From positions 32,001-96,000 of the forward strand of contig JAYZAY010000067.1 in the NCBI GenBank assembly GCA_036339465.1: DNA of 64,000 nt, read 5' to 3'. The notes under the pieces were generated by a model, which saw only the letters and a list, made by a program, of their open reading frames with translations, did no database searches and was not told the origin of the DNA. The position numbers and the translations under genes are program-made. Source of the stretch: Myxococcota bacterium (lineage in GTDB: Bacteria; Myxococcota; XYA12-FULL-58-9; JABJBS01). Each line of letters begins with the position of its first letter. Positions within the stretch are counted from its first letter, which is position 1. Shown one piece after another: positions 39,251 through 50,535 of the stretch.

Positions 39251-40369
39251 TCAGTGCCCATCCCCAAGAAAATCTTTGATCGAGTCGCAGATGGCGTCCT
39301 TGTTCGGAATTTCGCTCGTGACCACTTTTTCACTGTCGCGGAATCTCTCTCTGAGATCTTTGATAAATTGGCCTGAGCCGTAGGGGCTCTCCACTTGACC
39401 GTAGCAAAACATATTTGACACCGGCATAAGTCGATCGCGCAATAAGTCGAGGCAGATTCTCGTATCATCTGCGGACCAATTGTCGCCATCGGAAAAATGA
39501 AATGGATAAATGTTCCAGTCTTCTACCGGATAATCTGCAGATACCATATCAGCACACAGTCGATACGCACTTGAGATCATCGTCCCGCCCGATTCCCGCG
39601 TCCGAAAGAATGTATCCCGGTCCACCTCTTTGGCCATGGCATCGTGAATAATAAAGCGAGTCTCAAGGCCTTTATACTGGGAGCGTAGCCAGGTATCTAT
39701 CCAGAAGGATTCAATACGTACAATCTCCTTTTGCTCTTCTCCCATACTCCCAGAAACATCCATCATATAAATAATAACAGCGTTGGTTTGGGGGTTGTCG
39801 ATCACTTTCCAGGAACGATAGCGTTTGTCTTCCCTACTCGGTATGATGATAGGATTGTCTGCGTTATAATTACCGGTGGCAATTTGCCGTCGTAAGGCCC
39901 GCTTGTACGTTCGTTTAAAATGTCTAAGGGATTCTGGGCCTGCAGTCTGAATTCCCGTGTAACGGATATTCGACGAACTGATTTTATCCATCCCTTTGGG
40001 CTCAATCCTTGGAAGCTCCAGGGTCTCGCCAAGCATCTGCGCCAGTTCTTCAAAGGTAACCTCGACTTCGAGACCGTGGTCATCACTGGGATCACCCCCA
40101 GCCTCGTGTCCATGGCCATCCCCTTGCCCAACATTGCCCGGCTGCAAAACATCTCCGATTTCACCGGGTCCTTGCCCGACCCCACCGGTATCTCGATGGT
40201 CAAATTGAAAATGCGGCAATTCAATTTGAGGAACAGGAATGGAAATCGTGTCCTTACCTTGTTTACCAAGCATCTCCCCTTCACTGATATACTTCTTAAG
40301 ATTGTCGCGAATCTTCCCTCGAATAATCTCGCGAAAACGCCCGTGGTCTTTATGGATCTTCAATGCCAT
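39251..40369 (-). CDS. DUF444 family protein (YeaH/YhbH-like, vWA-type MIDAS)
   Basis: [43 protein letters not shown]. Confidence 0.92.
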   Translation of the reverse strand: MALKIHKDHGRFREIIRGKIRDNLKKYISEGEMLGKQGKDTISIPVPQIELPHFQFDHRDTGGVGQGPGEIGDVLQPGNVGQGDGHGHEAGGDPSDDHGLEVEVTFEELAQMLGETLELPRIEPKGMDKISSSNIRYTGIQTAGPESLRHFKRTYKRALRRQIATGNYNADNPIIIPSREDKRYRSWKVIDNPQTNAVIIYMMDVSGSMGEEQKEIVRIESFWIDTWLRSQYKGLETRFIIHDAMAKEVDRDTFFRTRESGGTMISSAYRLCADMVSADYPVEDWNIYPFHFSDGDNWSADDTRICLDLLRDRLMPVSNMFCYGQVESPYGSGQFIKDLRERFRDSEKVVTSEIPNKDAICDSIKDFLGDGH

Positions 40370-40384
40370 TCTCCCCTCATCTTA

Positions 40385-41059
40385 TCATACTCGATGGTAA
40401 CTCATCCAGACACCAACCCTCTCTAATACCTCCAAAAGAACTTCATCATCCTCAGTCAGAACGTGCTGATTGGCAACCGCCCTTGCTAAAAGTCCCACTT
40501 CTCCACGTCCTAGGTGCTCAGAAAGCGCTGACTCTTTCAATAATCGTTCAAATTCACTCGGCAGCAGCGACAAAAGTAGGGCGAGAACGAATGGAGCACC
40601 TAAACTCTCCCCTGCACCAAGATTTCTATACGCCGCTTGTGCTTGCTCGATTCCCTCCTCGATTGAGATGCCCAGAGGCTGCGTATCAACTTCGTCACTA
40701 TCCTCGTACTTTCCTCCTAAAAGTGTTTCGGGTAGCTCAGGCCAGGCAGGTAGGGGTGGTAAATGTAATTGTTGGCCCAAACGATCAAGATCGCGGTGCA
40801 GAGCCAAACTTGCTTCTTTTCTAAGGCGCGGCTTCGGCAATCGGGCGACCCGCACAAAAACCTTCCAGAGGTGAAAGCCATCTTTGGCCGCCAACGATTC
40901 AGGGGGAACCAATTCCTCACCCAAATTCACGAGGGTCTTGGTTACCGACACGACTGAGTCGGGTGATGCACAAACCACCCTGGAAGCAATGGCATAGAGC
41001 TTCAAGACCTCAAAAGCATCATCTGGACGCTTCGGCTTAAACAGTTCCGTTGCCATCAT
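40385..41059 (-). CDS. Hypothetical protein (224 aa) in the prkA-DUF444 operon
   Basis: Co-oriented ORF filling the gap; GGAG RBS; 15 nt from the DUF444 start; no family recognised. Confidence 0.7.
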   Translation of the reverse strand: MMATELFKPKRPDDAFEVLKLYAIASRVVCASPDSVVSVTKTLVNLGEELVPPESLAAKDGFHLWKVFVRVARLPKPRLRKEASLALHRDLDRLGQQLHLPPLPAWPELPETLLGGKYEDSDEVDTQPLGISIEEGIEQAQAAYRNLGAGESLGAPFVLALLLSLLPSEFERLLKESALSEHLGRGEVGLLARAVANQHVLTEDDEVLLEVLERVGVWMSYHRV

Positions 41060-41151
41060 GCTCCATCAACAATGCCTGCCCCACAACCGAGAGCTTAAAA
41101 GGAAAACAGAATCAGATTTTCCATAAATCAACCCAGACGTCCAATTCTATT

Positions 41152-43185
41152 TTACGACTCCTTGGCATCTCCACGCGCAAATATCGATGCCACAAAATTC
41201 AAAACATCGGTGGCCGAAACGTCGTCATAACCGTAATTGCGAATCATCCTTTGTTTAACAACATCGATTTTCTCTTGAGTCTCACGATCAACGACATTCG
41301 AAACAAGGGTACTCAGTTTGATAGAATCCTTTTGGTCCTCAAAAAGCTTTAACTCCAGTGCTCGATGCAGACGTTCGTTCGTTCGATAATCAAAGGTTTT
41401 ACCTTCAACCGCGAGTGCACCGATATAGTTCATTATCTCACGCCGAAAATCATCTTTACGGCTTTCTGCAACGTCTATCTTGGCTTCGATTGACCGCATC
41501 AATCTTTCATCGGGTTCTTCGAATTGACCGGTGTATTTATTCTTGACACGCTCTTTTTGGGTATAGGCCTTTACGTTATCAATATAATTCGCGCAAAGTT
41601 TACTGAGTGCTTCTTCATCGGCACTAATGGCACGCTGAACCTCACTCTTAACGATCTCTTCGTACTCTTGCTTAACTTCCGATACAATTTCTTTATAACG
41701 GTCACGATCCTTATCATTCGTCACCAGCGAATGTGAAAACAGGCCAGACTCCAATTCATTTAAGAGAAGAAATGGATTGATACACCCCTCTGCTTTATCC
41801 GATACCAATGCATTTGAGATTTTGTCCTGAATATATCGAGGACTCACGCCATGCATACCCTCATTCGAGCCTTCCTTACGCAGCTCAATAATACTGTCTT
41901 CAGTGAAACCCGGTAACGTCTTCCCGTTATAAAGCTTAAGCTTCTGAACTAAGGTTAGATTGTGTCTTGTGGGTTGTTCAAGCCGCGTAGCCACCGCCCA
42001 CATTGCCGCCATCTCAAGGGTGTGGGGAGCAATGTGGATTCCGCCCTTAACCCGCTTTTGTGCAAAGCTCTTCTCATAAATTTTCTGTTCCTCAGACAAA
42101 CGCGTGATATAGGGAATATCTATTTTGACTGTCCGGTCACGAAGGGCCTCCATAAATTCATTGTTGAGAAGCTTCTGATATTCCGCCTCATTCGTATGAC
42201 CAATAATCACTTCATCGATATCGGTTTGAGCGAATTTCTTCGGTTTAATCTTGTGCTCTTGAGAAGCTCCCAGAAGGTCATAAAGAAACGCCACATCGAG
42301 TTTCAACATCTCGATAAACTCGATAATTCCACGATTCGCAACTTGAAACTCACCGTCGAAATTAAACGCCCTAGGATCTGACTCCGAGCCATAAACGGCA
42401 ATTTTTCGATAATTAATGTCGCCAGTAAGCTCAGTTGAATCCTGGTTTTTCTCGTCTTTCGGTTGAAAAGTTCCAATTCCAATGCGGTCTTTTTCAGACA
42501 AGATCAGTCTCTTAACCCTCACGTGTTGAAGAACCTTGGCAAGCTCACCGCCATAAACTTCCATCAACTTCCGCATGACAAAACGGCAAGATGGATTGAG
42601 CTCACCCTCAACATTCACGGTGTCGGGATCGATACCAATTCCCTTCAAAGCCTCGATACGGAAGGCCAATGGGATCACATGCAGGGGTTCGCCGTTTAGT
42701 GGCGAATGGATGGTCTGATCATCTTCGAAGGGTAAATCAATCCACTCATAGGTGTAGAGCGCACCTTCCGGTTTTTTAGAGTAAGCTTCGAGTCCTTTCT
42801 TGAGTAACCTCGCTATGGTTGACTTGGAACTACCAACAGGACCGTGTAGTAGAATGACACGCTTCTCAGTTCCATACCCATAGGCAGCACTCTTAAAAAC
42901 ATTCACCAATCTCATCAATGGAATATCAAGGCCATAAACACTATCCACTCCAGCGTTCGTTGGATCATCAAAGAACGGGTAATGCACAAGCTTCTTTTTC
43001 GCATCGATGTATTCTTCCCGGCCATACGACATAATCATATCGTAAATCCGCTGATATGCATTCCGGGTAATTTTCGGATTCTCTTTTACGAGATCGAGAT
43101 ACTCCTCAAAAGTCCCCGTCCAATGGTGATCTAGGAATTCTTCCTGGTTGTGGTACGAAGCCAGCTTTTCAATAACCGAACTCAT
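41152..43185 (-). CDS. prkA: PrkA/YeaG family AAA+ serine protein kinase
   Basis: [12 protein letters not shown]alker [44 protein letters not shown]. Confidence 0.93.
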   Translation of the reverse strand: MSSVIEKLASYHNQEEFLDHHWTGTFEEYLDLVKENPKITRNAYQRIYDMIMSYGREEYIDAKKKLVHYPFFDDPTNAGVDSVYGLDIPLMRLVNVFKSAAYGYGTEKRVILLHGPVGSSKSTIARLLKKGLEAYSKKPEGALYTYEWIDLPFEDDQTIHSPLNGEPLHVIPLAFRIEALKGIGIDPDTVNVEGELNPSCRFVMRKLMEVYGGELAKVLQHVRVKRLILSEKDRIGIGTFQPKDEKNQDSTELTGDINYRKIAVYGSESDPRAFNFDGEFQVANRGIIEFIEMLKLDVAFLYDLLGASQEHKIKPKKFAQTDIDEVIIGHTNEAEYQKLLNNEFMEALRDRTVKIDIPYITRLSEEQKIYEKSFAQKRVKGGIHIAPHTLEMAAMWAVATRLEQPTRHNLTLVQKLKLYNGKTLPGFTEDSIIELRKEGSNEGMHGVSPRYIQDKISNALVSDKAEGCINPFLLLNELESGLFSHSLVTNDKDRDRYKEIVSEVKQEYEEIVKSEVQRAISADEEALSKLCANYIDNVKAYTQKERVKNKYTGQFEEPDERLMRSIEAKIDVAESRKDDFRREIMNYIGALAVEGKTFDYRTNERLHRALELKLFEDQKDSIKLSTLVSNVVDRETQEKIDVVKQRMIRNYGYDDVSATDVLNFVASIFARGDAKES

Positions 43186-43406
43186 TTTAAGCCTCCATTT
43201 GCGCAGGCTTTAAAGCTACCACCGGCCCGAGTTAGGAACAAGTCACCTTCGTGAGCCCCTATTCTCGTCCCCAACAATTACGGTTACTTAGTAAAATATG
43301 ATAACCCAAAAATTCACTGTCTTCCCCGTGCATCAAAACCGCCAGTGAAACCCAAGTCGATCAAAGCCCCATTTTATTAGCCCACGAGCTTTTTACTGCG
43401 GAGAAA

Positions 43407-45509
43407 TCAGTAACGAGCGAGAGTCTGAATTCCGTGTAAAACATCGTAGACTTGAGGAAGAATCTCGGCTTCCAAAACAGGATGATAACCAACGAAGGTA
43501 TCCTTGGAAGCAACCCTCTGTACCGGGCCATCTAAATACTCAAAAAGCTCATCACCAATTCGGGCCGCTATCTCCGAGCCAGATCCCCAGCTAAGAGAGT
43601 CTTCATACACCACCAGCGCCTTCCCTGTTTTCTTCACACTTTCAGCAATCGCTTCCCAGTCGTATGGACTAATCGTCCTAAGATCTAAGACCTCAACGTC
43701 GATACCTTCCTTGGCTGCTTGAACGACTGCATCCATACTCCGCTTCACCAGTGCTCCATAGGTAATCAAAGTTAAATCCGTTCCCTCCTTGATACGACTT
43801 GCCTGGCCGAACGGAATCATAAAGTCTGCCCCTGGATATGGAGCGCGGTTGTAGGTTTGGCGATACAGATGCTTGTGCTCTAAAAAGAGAACTGGATCCT
43901 CGCACCTTATTGCTGTTCTCAAAAGCCCATTGGCATCCAAAGCATTTGAAGGTAAGCAAACGCGTAAGCCTGGAATGTGCGTAAAGATCGATTCTCCGGT
44001 TTGGGAATGGTAAATAGCCCCTCCCTTGAGATAACCACCATAGGTGGTTCGAATCACAACCGGACAGGAAAACGCATTGTTCGAACGCCACCGCATCAGA
44101 GCCAATTCGCTGCGGATCTGCATCATCGCGGGGTAAATATAATCAAAGAACTGGATTTCAACCACCGGCTTGATTCCCAAAACCGCCATGCCCACAGCCC
44201 GCCCAATAATATTGGCCTCCGCCAGAGGTGAATTGAAAACGCGCTCGGCACCAAACCGTTTCTGTAGACCATGTGTTACTTTGAAAACTCCACCCTTTCC
44301 CTTGACCTCCTTGAGACTCTCCTCACGAGACGCATCCGCAATATCTTCCCCAAAAACCACAATTCGTGGATTTCGCTCCATTTCGTCCCGTATACAGTCG
44401 TTGATAAGCTCAACCACCGTCCTGGGTTCTCCTTCAAATTCAGCCTCAGTTGAAAAGGCATCTGATGTTGGATCAACATCGGGAGAATACACAAAAAGCT
44501 CCGCGCTCTCTCGTTTTGGAGGTTCGGCGGCTAAGGCCACTTCTTTCGCTTCTTGTAACAAGCGACTCACTCTTTGTTCAGTCTCCACGAGTTCTGTTTC
44601 GCTAACACCATGTTCTTCTTTCAGGCGTTGACGATAAACGCGAATTGGGTCGTCTTTCGCCTGCTGGGCAAGTTCTTCTTTCGTACGATAAAGTCGTTCG
44701 TCATCTGACATCGAATGAGAATAAGGACGTACAACGTGCGCATGAAGCAACACTGGCCCCTTTCGAGCTCGAGCATACGCTACAGCCCTGTGCCAATTTT
44801 CGAGACTTTCTTCAGGATCGCAGCCATCAAATTCTAGAATCAGTAAGTTCGGAAATGAGGCGACCATTTTCGAAATAGAGCCGCCCGCAGTCTGAACCTC
44901 CACTGGCACTGAAATCGCATAACCATTATCTTGAATATGAAAGAGAACTGGGAGCTTCTCATTACAAGCCGTTTTTAATGCTTCGTAAAACTCGCCTTGG
45001 CTTGTTGTCCCATCACCGGCGGAAACATAAACAACTGCATCATCAGACGTCACCGGTTGTGACTCTAATTTCTGCATTTTTACACAAGCTTCAGCACAGC
45101 CAACTGCATTTAAAAACTGAGTGCCCGTCGGGCTTGAAGAGGAAACAATGTTATAGGATTTATGTCCCCAATGAGAAGGCATCTGACGCCCTCCCGAGGC
45201 AGGATCCGCAGCCGCTCCGACCGACTGAAGTAACATTTCAGTCGGTGTTACCCCGAGACCAAGACACAAAGCACGGTCGCGATAGTATGTAAAAGACCAA
45301 TCATATCCCGGCCTCAATAATCTTGAGGCGGCAACTTGAGTCGCTTCGTGACCAGCGCCAGAAATCTGAAAAAAGACGTGATTCTGTCGCTTAAGTTGAA
45401 TTTCTAAGTCATCCAACCCGCGGCTTTGAACCATTAATTGAAAAATTTCCAGACGGTCTGCGAGGGTTAATCCCGCTGGCGATTCATTTAGTCTCTCGAT
45501 ACTTGCCAT
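43407..45509 (-). CDS. Fused 2-oxoacid (branched-chain type) dehydrogenase E1 alpha/beta
   Basis: [27 protein letters not shown] ThDP motif, [32 protein letters not shown] before ATG 45509. Confidence 0.92.
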   Translation of the reverse strand: MASIERLNESPAGLTLADRLEIFQLMVQSRGLDDLEIQLKRQNHVFFQISGAGHEATQVAASRLLRPGYDWSFTYYRDRALCLGLGVTPTEMLLQSVGAAADPASGGRQMPSHWGHKSYNIVSSSSPTGTQFLNAVGCAEACVKMQKLESQPVTSDDAVVYVSAGDGTTSQGEFYEALKTACNEKLPVLFHIQDNGYAISVPVEVQTAGGSISKMVASFPNLLILEFDGCDPEESLENWHRAVAYARARKGPVLLHAHVVRPYSHSMSDDERLYRTKEELAQQAKDDPIRVYRQRLKEEHGVSETELVETEQRVSRLLQEAKEVALAAEPPKRESAELFVYSPDVDPTSDAFSTEAEFEGEPRTVVELINDCIRDEMERNPRIVVFGEDIADASREESLKEVKGKGGVFKVTHGLQKRFGAERVFNSPLAEANIIGRAVGMAVLGIKPVVEIQFFDYIYPAMMQIRSELALMRWRSNNAFSCPVVIRTTYGGYLKGGAIYHSQTGESIFTHIPGLRVCLPSNALDANGLLRTAIRCEDPVLFLEHKHLYRQTYNRAPYPGADFMIPFGQASRIKEGTDLTLITYGALVKRSMDAVVQAAKEGIDVEVLDLRTISPYDWEAIAESVKKTGKALVVYEDSLSWGSGSEIAARIGDELFEYLDGPVQRVASKDTFVGYHPVLEAEILPQVYDVLHGIQTLARY

Positions 45510-45750
45510 GGCCACTCCGTAACAATCAATGGAAAATTGTACCAGGGAAAAGCCTTCGAAATAAGGGGCATTTCTGTGACACAGTGCGGAAACAATGGCC
45601 AAAATTGGACAGTCCTCGCTGCCAGAACCCATTTATTCCAGTGGCTTCGGTGAGAGCAATAAACGTACTTATCGCGATCAACTTCTGCGCATTCTGGCAA
45701 AAAGTCCTTAAAACGAGCCTATTGGAACCGACCCTCCCTGGGGTTCCAGA

Positions 45751-45985
45751 GGGCAAGCGCACAAGAAAGCGAGTCCCCTCAGCTACGGTACTTTTGCAGG
45801 CAACCATTCCGTCATGAAAATTCACAAAAATCTAAACGACTGCCAAACCTAAACCTCTTTCTCCACAAACGAAATGCTGGTGATTTTCAACCAGGTAAAA
45901 CATTTGAAAAACAGGCCCTTGCTCCACTCGAAGCGATTCCAATTCCCATAATCGACGACCAAGGATTCGGTCCAATGGTCATCTA
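45751..45985 (-). pseudogene. Sensor histidine kinase HATPase_c remnant
   Basis: VVDYG / IGIAS / VEQGPVFQMFYLVENHQHFVCGERGLGLAVV*IFVNFHDGMVACKSTVAEGTRFLVRLP: G1, F and G2 boxes and terminal GTxFxVxLP, with frameshifts and an in-frame TAG at 45832-45834. Confidence 0.75.
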
Positions 45986-46684
45986 AACCTTCGAAGCCCC
46001 CACCAACATCCCTAAAATCAAGAGCTGCCCGGTAGCCTGCATGCCCCCCCGTCCAAAAACATGAACGGCAGCACCAAAACGAGCAGAAAAATTGTTGCAC
46101 GTTTCTCTCACGCCCTCAGTTGACAACCCCCAGACCCAAACCGCTCATCTGAGCGCCCCCAAGCATTATCTCATCGAACCAGCCCATCCTCATTTCGCGA
46201 AACTAACGTCTGAAATTGACACGAAATATCATCACACAAAATACAATATTTAATCGTCATACTCGGGACCTCTTCTAGGTGGAAAAAGGTGCTAAAAGAA
46301 TCGACACAGCGACTCTAAGACCCAAGCTCCTTGAATCACAACAGCCTTGAACAATGGCTCAAGACCAACCGCCGAGCCGCAGGATGAATGACCACCCTCG
46401 GAACAGTGAATCATTTAAGTTTTAAGTGAAAGATTGTATCAAAATACACTGCTAAGGGGAGCAAATCGAAAACAGAGTTCGGTCCTCACGAGTATTAAGC
46501 GTGGTTAATCTCCACAACGCTTGGGCCCCTACAAATGGTGATAAACTGCTTCAAGACTGATCGTCTTCACTAAGCGGTGAACCGTATTACACTACCCTTA
46601 GGTGCTATTTCACGCTGATTGGCGTGAAGAGCCGCATTAGAGCATTCGCGTATACACGAGAAAAACTCACGCGTTTGTTGGTCA

Positions 46685-48139
46685 TCAATCAACAATTCCC
46701 CCAACGAGGTCGTAGTCACTGGAGTCTTCGATTTGTACTTTCACCACTTGCCCCACCGTGGCCTGGCCATCATTGATAAGCGTGATCCCATCAATCTCAG
46801 GAGCTTGTCCCTTGTGACGCCCCTGTAAAAGAAGGTCGGTTTCATCGCTTACCCCCTCCACGAGAACCTCTAGGGTTTTTCCATGCAGCGACTCCTGATA
46901 GCCCCTTGAAATATCTTGCTGAATTGCCAACAGTCTCGCCCTTCGGTTATCCGCCAACTCCCTAGGAACCTGGTCTGCAAAATCCGCTGCTGGTGTGTCC
47001 GCTTCAGGGGAGTAAGAAAAGACACCCATTTGCTCAAATCGAAGCTCTTCCACCAAACGGCACAATTCACCAAAATCTGCCTCAGTTTCACCGGGCAAAC
47101 CGGTAATGAAAGTCGTTCGTAGCGTGAGCTCGGGTATCCGCTGACGCAGTTTTCGCAAAAGCTGCCAAGTTGCATCGCCTCCCTTTCCGCGGCGCATCGC
47201 ACGTAAAATACGATCCGAAATATGCTGAAGAGGCATATCAAGGTAGGGTAGGATGTATTGTGATTCCCCCATGACCTTAATGACTTCATCCGTTAGTCCC
47301 TTAGGGTAGGCGTAAAGACACCGAATCCACAAGGGTCCTTGAGATTCTTCCCCCACGCGATTGAGCTCTCGCAAAAGCCGGCCCAATGACTCCCCATCAT
47401 CTCGATCCCTGCCAAACGCACAAAGATCCTGAGCAATCAAATTGAGCTCTACTGCCCCCGCTTCGCGAAGCCTCCATGCTTCTTCCACAATATCCGCAAT
47501 AGTGCGAGAACGTTGGGGCCCTCGAAGCTTGGGAATAATACAAAAAGCGCAGGTATTTGAACAACCTTCGGAAATCTTAAGGTACTGAGAATAGGATGCC
47601 TGCGTGGGAAGCCGCGGTGATTTCGAATTAAGCTGGTAGGTTGGATCCGGAATATAGATCTCTTTACCATCCACCCGTTCAGTGTAACGATAAGGAACCA
47701 ACTTATTCGCACCCCGCAACCGCGGGTGGTCCTTAAGAATGGGCAATGAACGTATTCCCGTCGCCGGCATTTCTCGTTGCTCAGTCGCCCCCAAAACCTG
47801 GGCAATCTCTTGAAAATTCCCGGTGCCGAGAAAATGGTCAACACTGGGAATTTCCTTCGCCAGGTCAGGCGCATACCTCTGACTCAAACATCCCGTTACA
47901 ACCAACTTTTGGCACCGACCATTGGCCTTGTAGTCTTCCATCTCCAAAATCGTGTCGATTGATTCTTCCTTGGCCGCGTCAATAAATCCACACGTATTTA
48001 CAACGATAACATCTGCATCTTCCGGACTCGTGGTGTGCTCATAACCCGCCGCGCGCATCTGCCCAAGCATCACTTCACTGTCCACCCTATTTTTCGGACA
48101 CCCCAGAGAGATAAGATGAACCTTTTCTTGTTGGGCCAT
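46685..48139 (-). CDS. rimO: Ribosomal protein S12 methylthiotransferase RimO
   Basis: SLGCPKNRVDSE, NTCGFI, KISEGCSNTCAFCIIP radical SAM motif, APEIDG, TRAM domain; ATG 48139 (the longer ORF runs into a tRNA). Confidence 0.95.
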   Translation of the reverse strand: MAQQEKVHLISLGCPKNRVDSEVMLGQMRAAGYEHTTSPEDADVIVVNTCGFIDAAKEESIDTILEMEDYKANGRCQKLVVTGCLSQRYAPDLAKEIPSVDHFLGTGNFQEIAQVLGATEQREMPATGIRSLPILKDHPRLRGANKLVPYRYTERVDGKEIYIPDPTYQLNSKSPRLPTQASYSQYLKISEGCSNTCAFCIIPKLRGPQRSRTIADIVEEAWRLREAGAVELNLIAQDLCAFGRDRDDGESLGRLLRELNRVGEESQGPLWIRCLYAYPKGLTDEVIKVMGESQYILPYLDMPLQHISDRILRAMRRGKGGDATWQLLRKLRQRIPELTLRTTFITGLPGETEADFGELCRLVEELRFEQMGVFSYSPEADTPAADFADQVPRELADNRRARLLAIQQDISRGYQESLHGKTLEVLVEGVSDETDLLLQGRHKGQAPEIDGITLINDGQATVGQVVKVQIEDSSDYDLVGGIVD

Positions 48140-48267
48140 GAAATCTTGCCTTCCCGATACGACTTTTACGCATCGGCGATTGAGAATCACGCCTCTAATA
48201 ATGAACACGTTCGGAGGTTTCTGATTCGTTCTTGAGATAGAGTCACCACCCATGTCGTTAGCATGAA

Positions 48268-48352
<85 letters not shown>

Positions 48353-48387
48353 AGCGTTACGGGGCTACTTATCCAATTCTAAACGGA

Positions 48388-48393
48388 TGTCAA
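48388..48393 (-). promoter_or_regulatory. Consensus -35 (TTGACA) upstream of tRNA-Leu
   Basis: Perfect TTGACA on the minus strand ~35 nt upstream of the tRNA 5' end; -10 element imperfect. Confidence 0.5.
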
Positions 48394-48615
48394 CGGAATT
48401 TCAGTGTGGAAATAGCTGGAAAAATCATTGACCCTTCGAAGAAAATGCAAGATTTCATTTGGCATGAGATTGTTGCCCCCTATCCTACTATCATGTTTAC
48501 TGATTTCCACGAACTGTTGGTGTGGGGCCGATGGCCCACCAAAGCCGGCTCCACAGATAAAAGAGTCGCTCACCAGTCATTCTGTCGAACAAAAATCTAA
48601 CCCTGAGGAGTCATA

Positions 48616-49323
48616 ATGCAGGGCGGTCCAATGAGTTTTTTAGAACAACTTCCTCCAACTGGCCCAGTCACAAAATGGCTTTGCGGTCTAAGCCTAGCCG
48701 TGTCTTTAGTGGGCTCTGTCACTCAGCGAAAACTGGGCATCGGAGTCAATGAACTGATCTTCTCGGCTCCCCATATCTTGGATTTGGAATTGTGGCGCCT
48801 TTTTACTTTCCCACTCATTGAGAGAAGTCCATTGGGACTGCTCATCGGTCTTTTGATCTTTTGGCTTTTTGGAAGAAGCTTCGAAGCCAAATGGGGCAGC
48901 CAGCATTTCTTGAAATTCATTGCCCTCAGCTCAATAGGGGCAGCCATCATCGCTGTACCCATGAGTTATCTGATCTCGGCTATCTTACCCTTTCGAGATC
49001 CGGGGGTCGCCGAAGGATTCACTCCAGCCATCGATGCAATCTTAATGCATCTAGCTCTGGTTCTACCCGGTGGAAAGATCCTCATGGGATTCGTATTACC
49101 CATGAACATTCGCACCACAATCTATCTGTTGCTTGGCATTCAATTGATCTTCGGCATTCAAACTGGCGCCGCATCTCTCAGCACGACCGTTGGGGGAATT
49201 GCAATGGGGTACCTACTGACCACTGGTAACTGGCGGCCGAGGCGATGGTTCCGCAAGCCACAGAGAAAGACAAAGCCTGATTTATACGTTGTTCGTCCCC
49301 CAAACGATCATACTCTTCACTAA
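48616..49323 (+). CDS. Rhomboid-superfamily membrane protein, probably catalytically inactive
   Basis: LELWRLFT (WR motif), FWLFGRSFEAKWGSQHFL, ~6 TM segments; GxS and His motifs replaced by GFTP and STTVGG. Confidence 0.7.
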   Translation: MQGGPMSFLEQLPPTGPVTKWLCGLSLAVSLVGSVTQRKLGIGVNELIFSAPHILDLELWRLFTFPLIERSPLGLLIGLLIFWLFGRSFEAKWGSQHFLKFIALSSIGAAIIAVPMSYLISAILPFRDPGVAEGFTPAIDAILMHLALVLPGGKILMGFVLPMNIRTTIYLLLGIQLIFGIQTGAASLSTTVGGIAMGYLLTTGNWRPRRWFRKPQRKTKPDLYVVRPPNDHTLH

Positions 49324-49341
49324 ACCCTATTCCCCAAAACG

Positions 49342-50508
49342 CTACTTCGTGAGGTGGCAACCTATATTTTCGCGGATATCATAATAAAGCTCGGAAGTTC
49401 CAAACCGCACCAAATCAGCCATTTCGGCCTCAAGCTCTGCCTCCAACATCACGTCGCTATCTTCAACTCTCGCCGAATCATAATATAACTTCAGAGCCTG
49501 TTTGGCCTCCTCAATGTCGCCGGTAAATACGAGTGAAAGTTTATTCGCGCGACTAAGTTCTTGGCGAATCCATTTTCGAACATCGTCAAGTGAAATCACC
49601 TCCAAAAACCTATTGGCTGAATCAATTAAATCCTGTGGGTGCGTTTGCTCATAAACACCTCTTAAGCGACCAAGCCAATCCTGAACGACAACATCTTCCT
49701 CCGACTCTAATTGACCAGAAATCAATCCCGCCAACGTATGTAGAGCATTGTGGAGATCCCGACTTGTAATTCCTTGTAAATACCCCCGTTTTAGGCGATT
49801 TAAGGCAATCGCTCTCCCCGCGAGAAAGAGAACACGACCCAATTCGGGCTCACGATAACTTGTAGCCCCCAGTAATATGCGCCGATCATCACCACAAATT
49901 GCCCGAACTTCGTAAGTCCCTGCGCGCCAAAGATAAATGGGCACACCGCCTTCACTCATCAAGATATCATTGGCAAAAGATATTCCCTGGGCGATCGGTT
50001 CCACCGGCTCGAGCATATCCCGTTCTCCAATGCTCTTGCGAACCAAACCGAATACAAACTGACAAAGTTCAGATTCACCTGAATCAGCGAGCAAGCCTAT
50101 GTCTGGGTACGCATCCTTTCCGCAAATCAATTGAAAATCGGAGAGATTCAAGGAACTCGTTCCCTTCCAAGATCTCGATTTTCTGTGTGTCTGCAGATAA
50201 CCTTTTGCCTCATTATCGTCTGCGCTCACACTCAATATCGCCGAATAGTATGAATATGCCCGCTCCCGTTTGCCCATATTCTCTGAAATTCGTCCCAAAA
50301 ACCTGAGCACTTCGAAACTCTCTGGCTCCAAAAGTAACAAACTCTCATAAATACCCATCGCAATCAGGTCATTATTTTCGTCCTGAGCTAATTTACTGGC
50401 AATTTCCCTAAAACGATTCGGTTCAGTCCAAATCCAGTCATGAACCCGTGCCTTCCACCGCCGCGCGCTTTCCAAATCCCTAAGCTCATTGCGATAAATA
50501 TCAATCAT
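49342..50508 (-). CDS. C-terminal segment of the giant TPR protein (myxobacterial giant-TPR-type C-terminal domain)
   Basis: TPRs followed by LFLAGRAIA, RANKLSLVFTGD, DLVRFGTSELYYDIRENIG; same frame as 50536-61920 and separated from it by one TGA. Confidence 0.7.
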   Translation of the reverse strand: MIDIYRNELRDLESARRWKARVHDWIWTEPNRFREIASKLAQDENNDLIAMGIYESLLLLEPESFEVLRFLGRISENMGKRERAYSYYSAILSVSADDNEAKGYLQTHRKSRSWKGTSSLNLSDFQLICGKDAYPDIGLLADSGESELCQFVFGLVRKSIGERDMLEPVEPIAQGISFANDILMSEGGVPIYLWRAGTYEVRAICGDDRRILLGATSYREPELGRVLFLAGRAIALNRLKRGYLQGITSRDLHNALHTLAGLISGQLESEEDVVVQDWLGRLRGVYEQTHPQDLIDSANRFLEVISLDDVRKWIRQELSRANKLSLVFTGDIEEAKQALKLYYDSARVEDSDVMLEAELEAEMADLVRFGTSELYYDIRENIGCHLTK

Positions 50509-50535
50509 CTTCAGAGCGGTTTCTATTCCTTCGCT

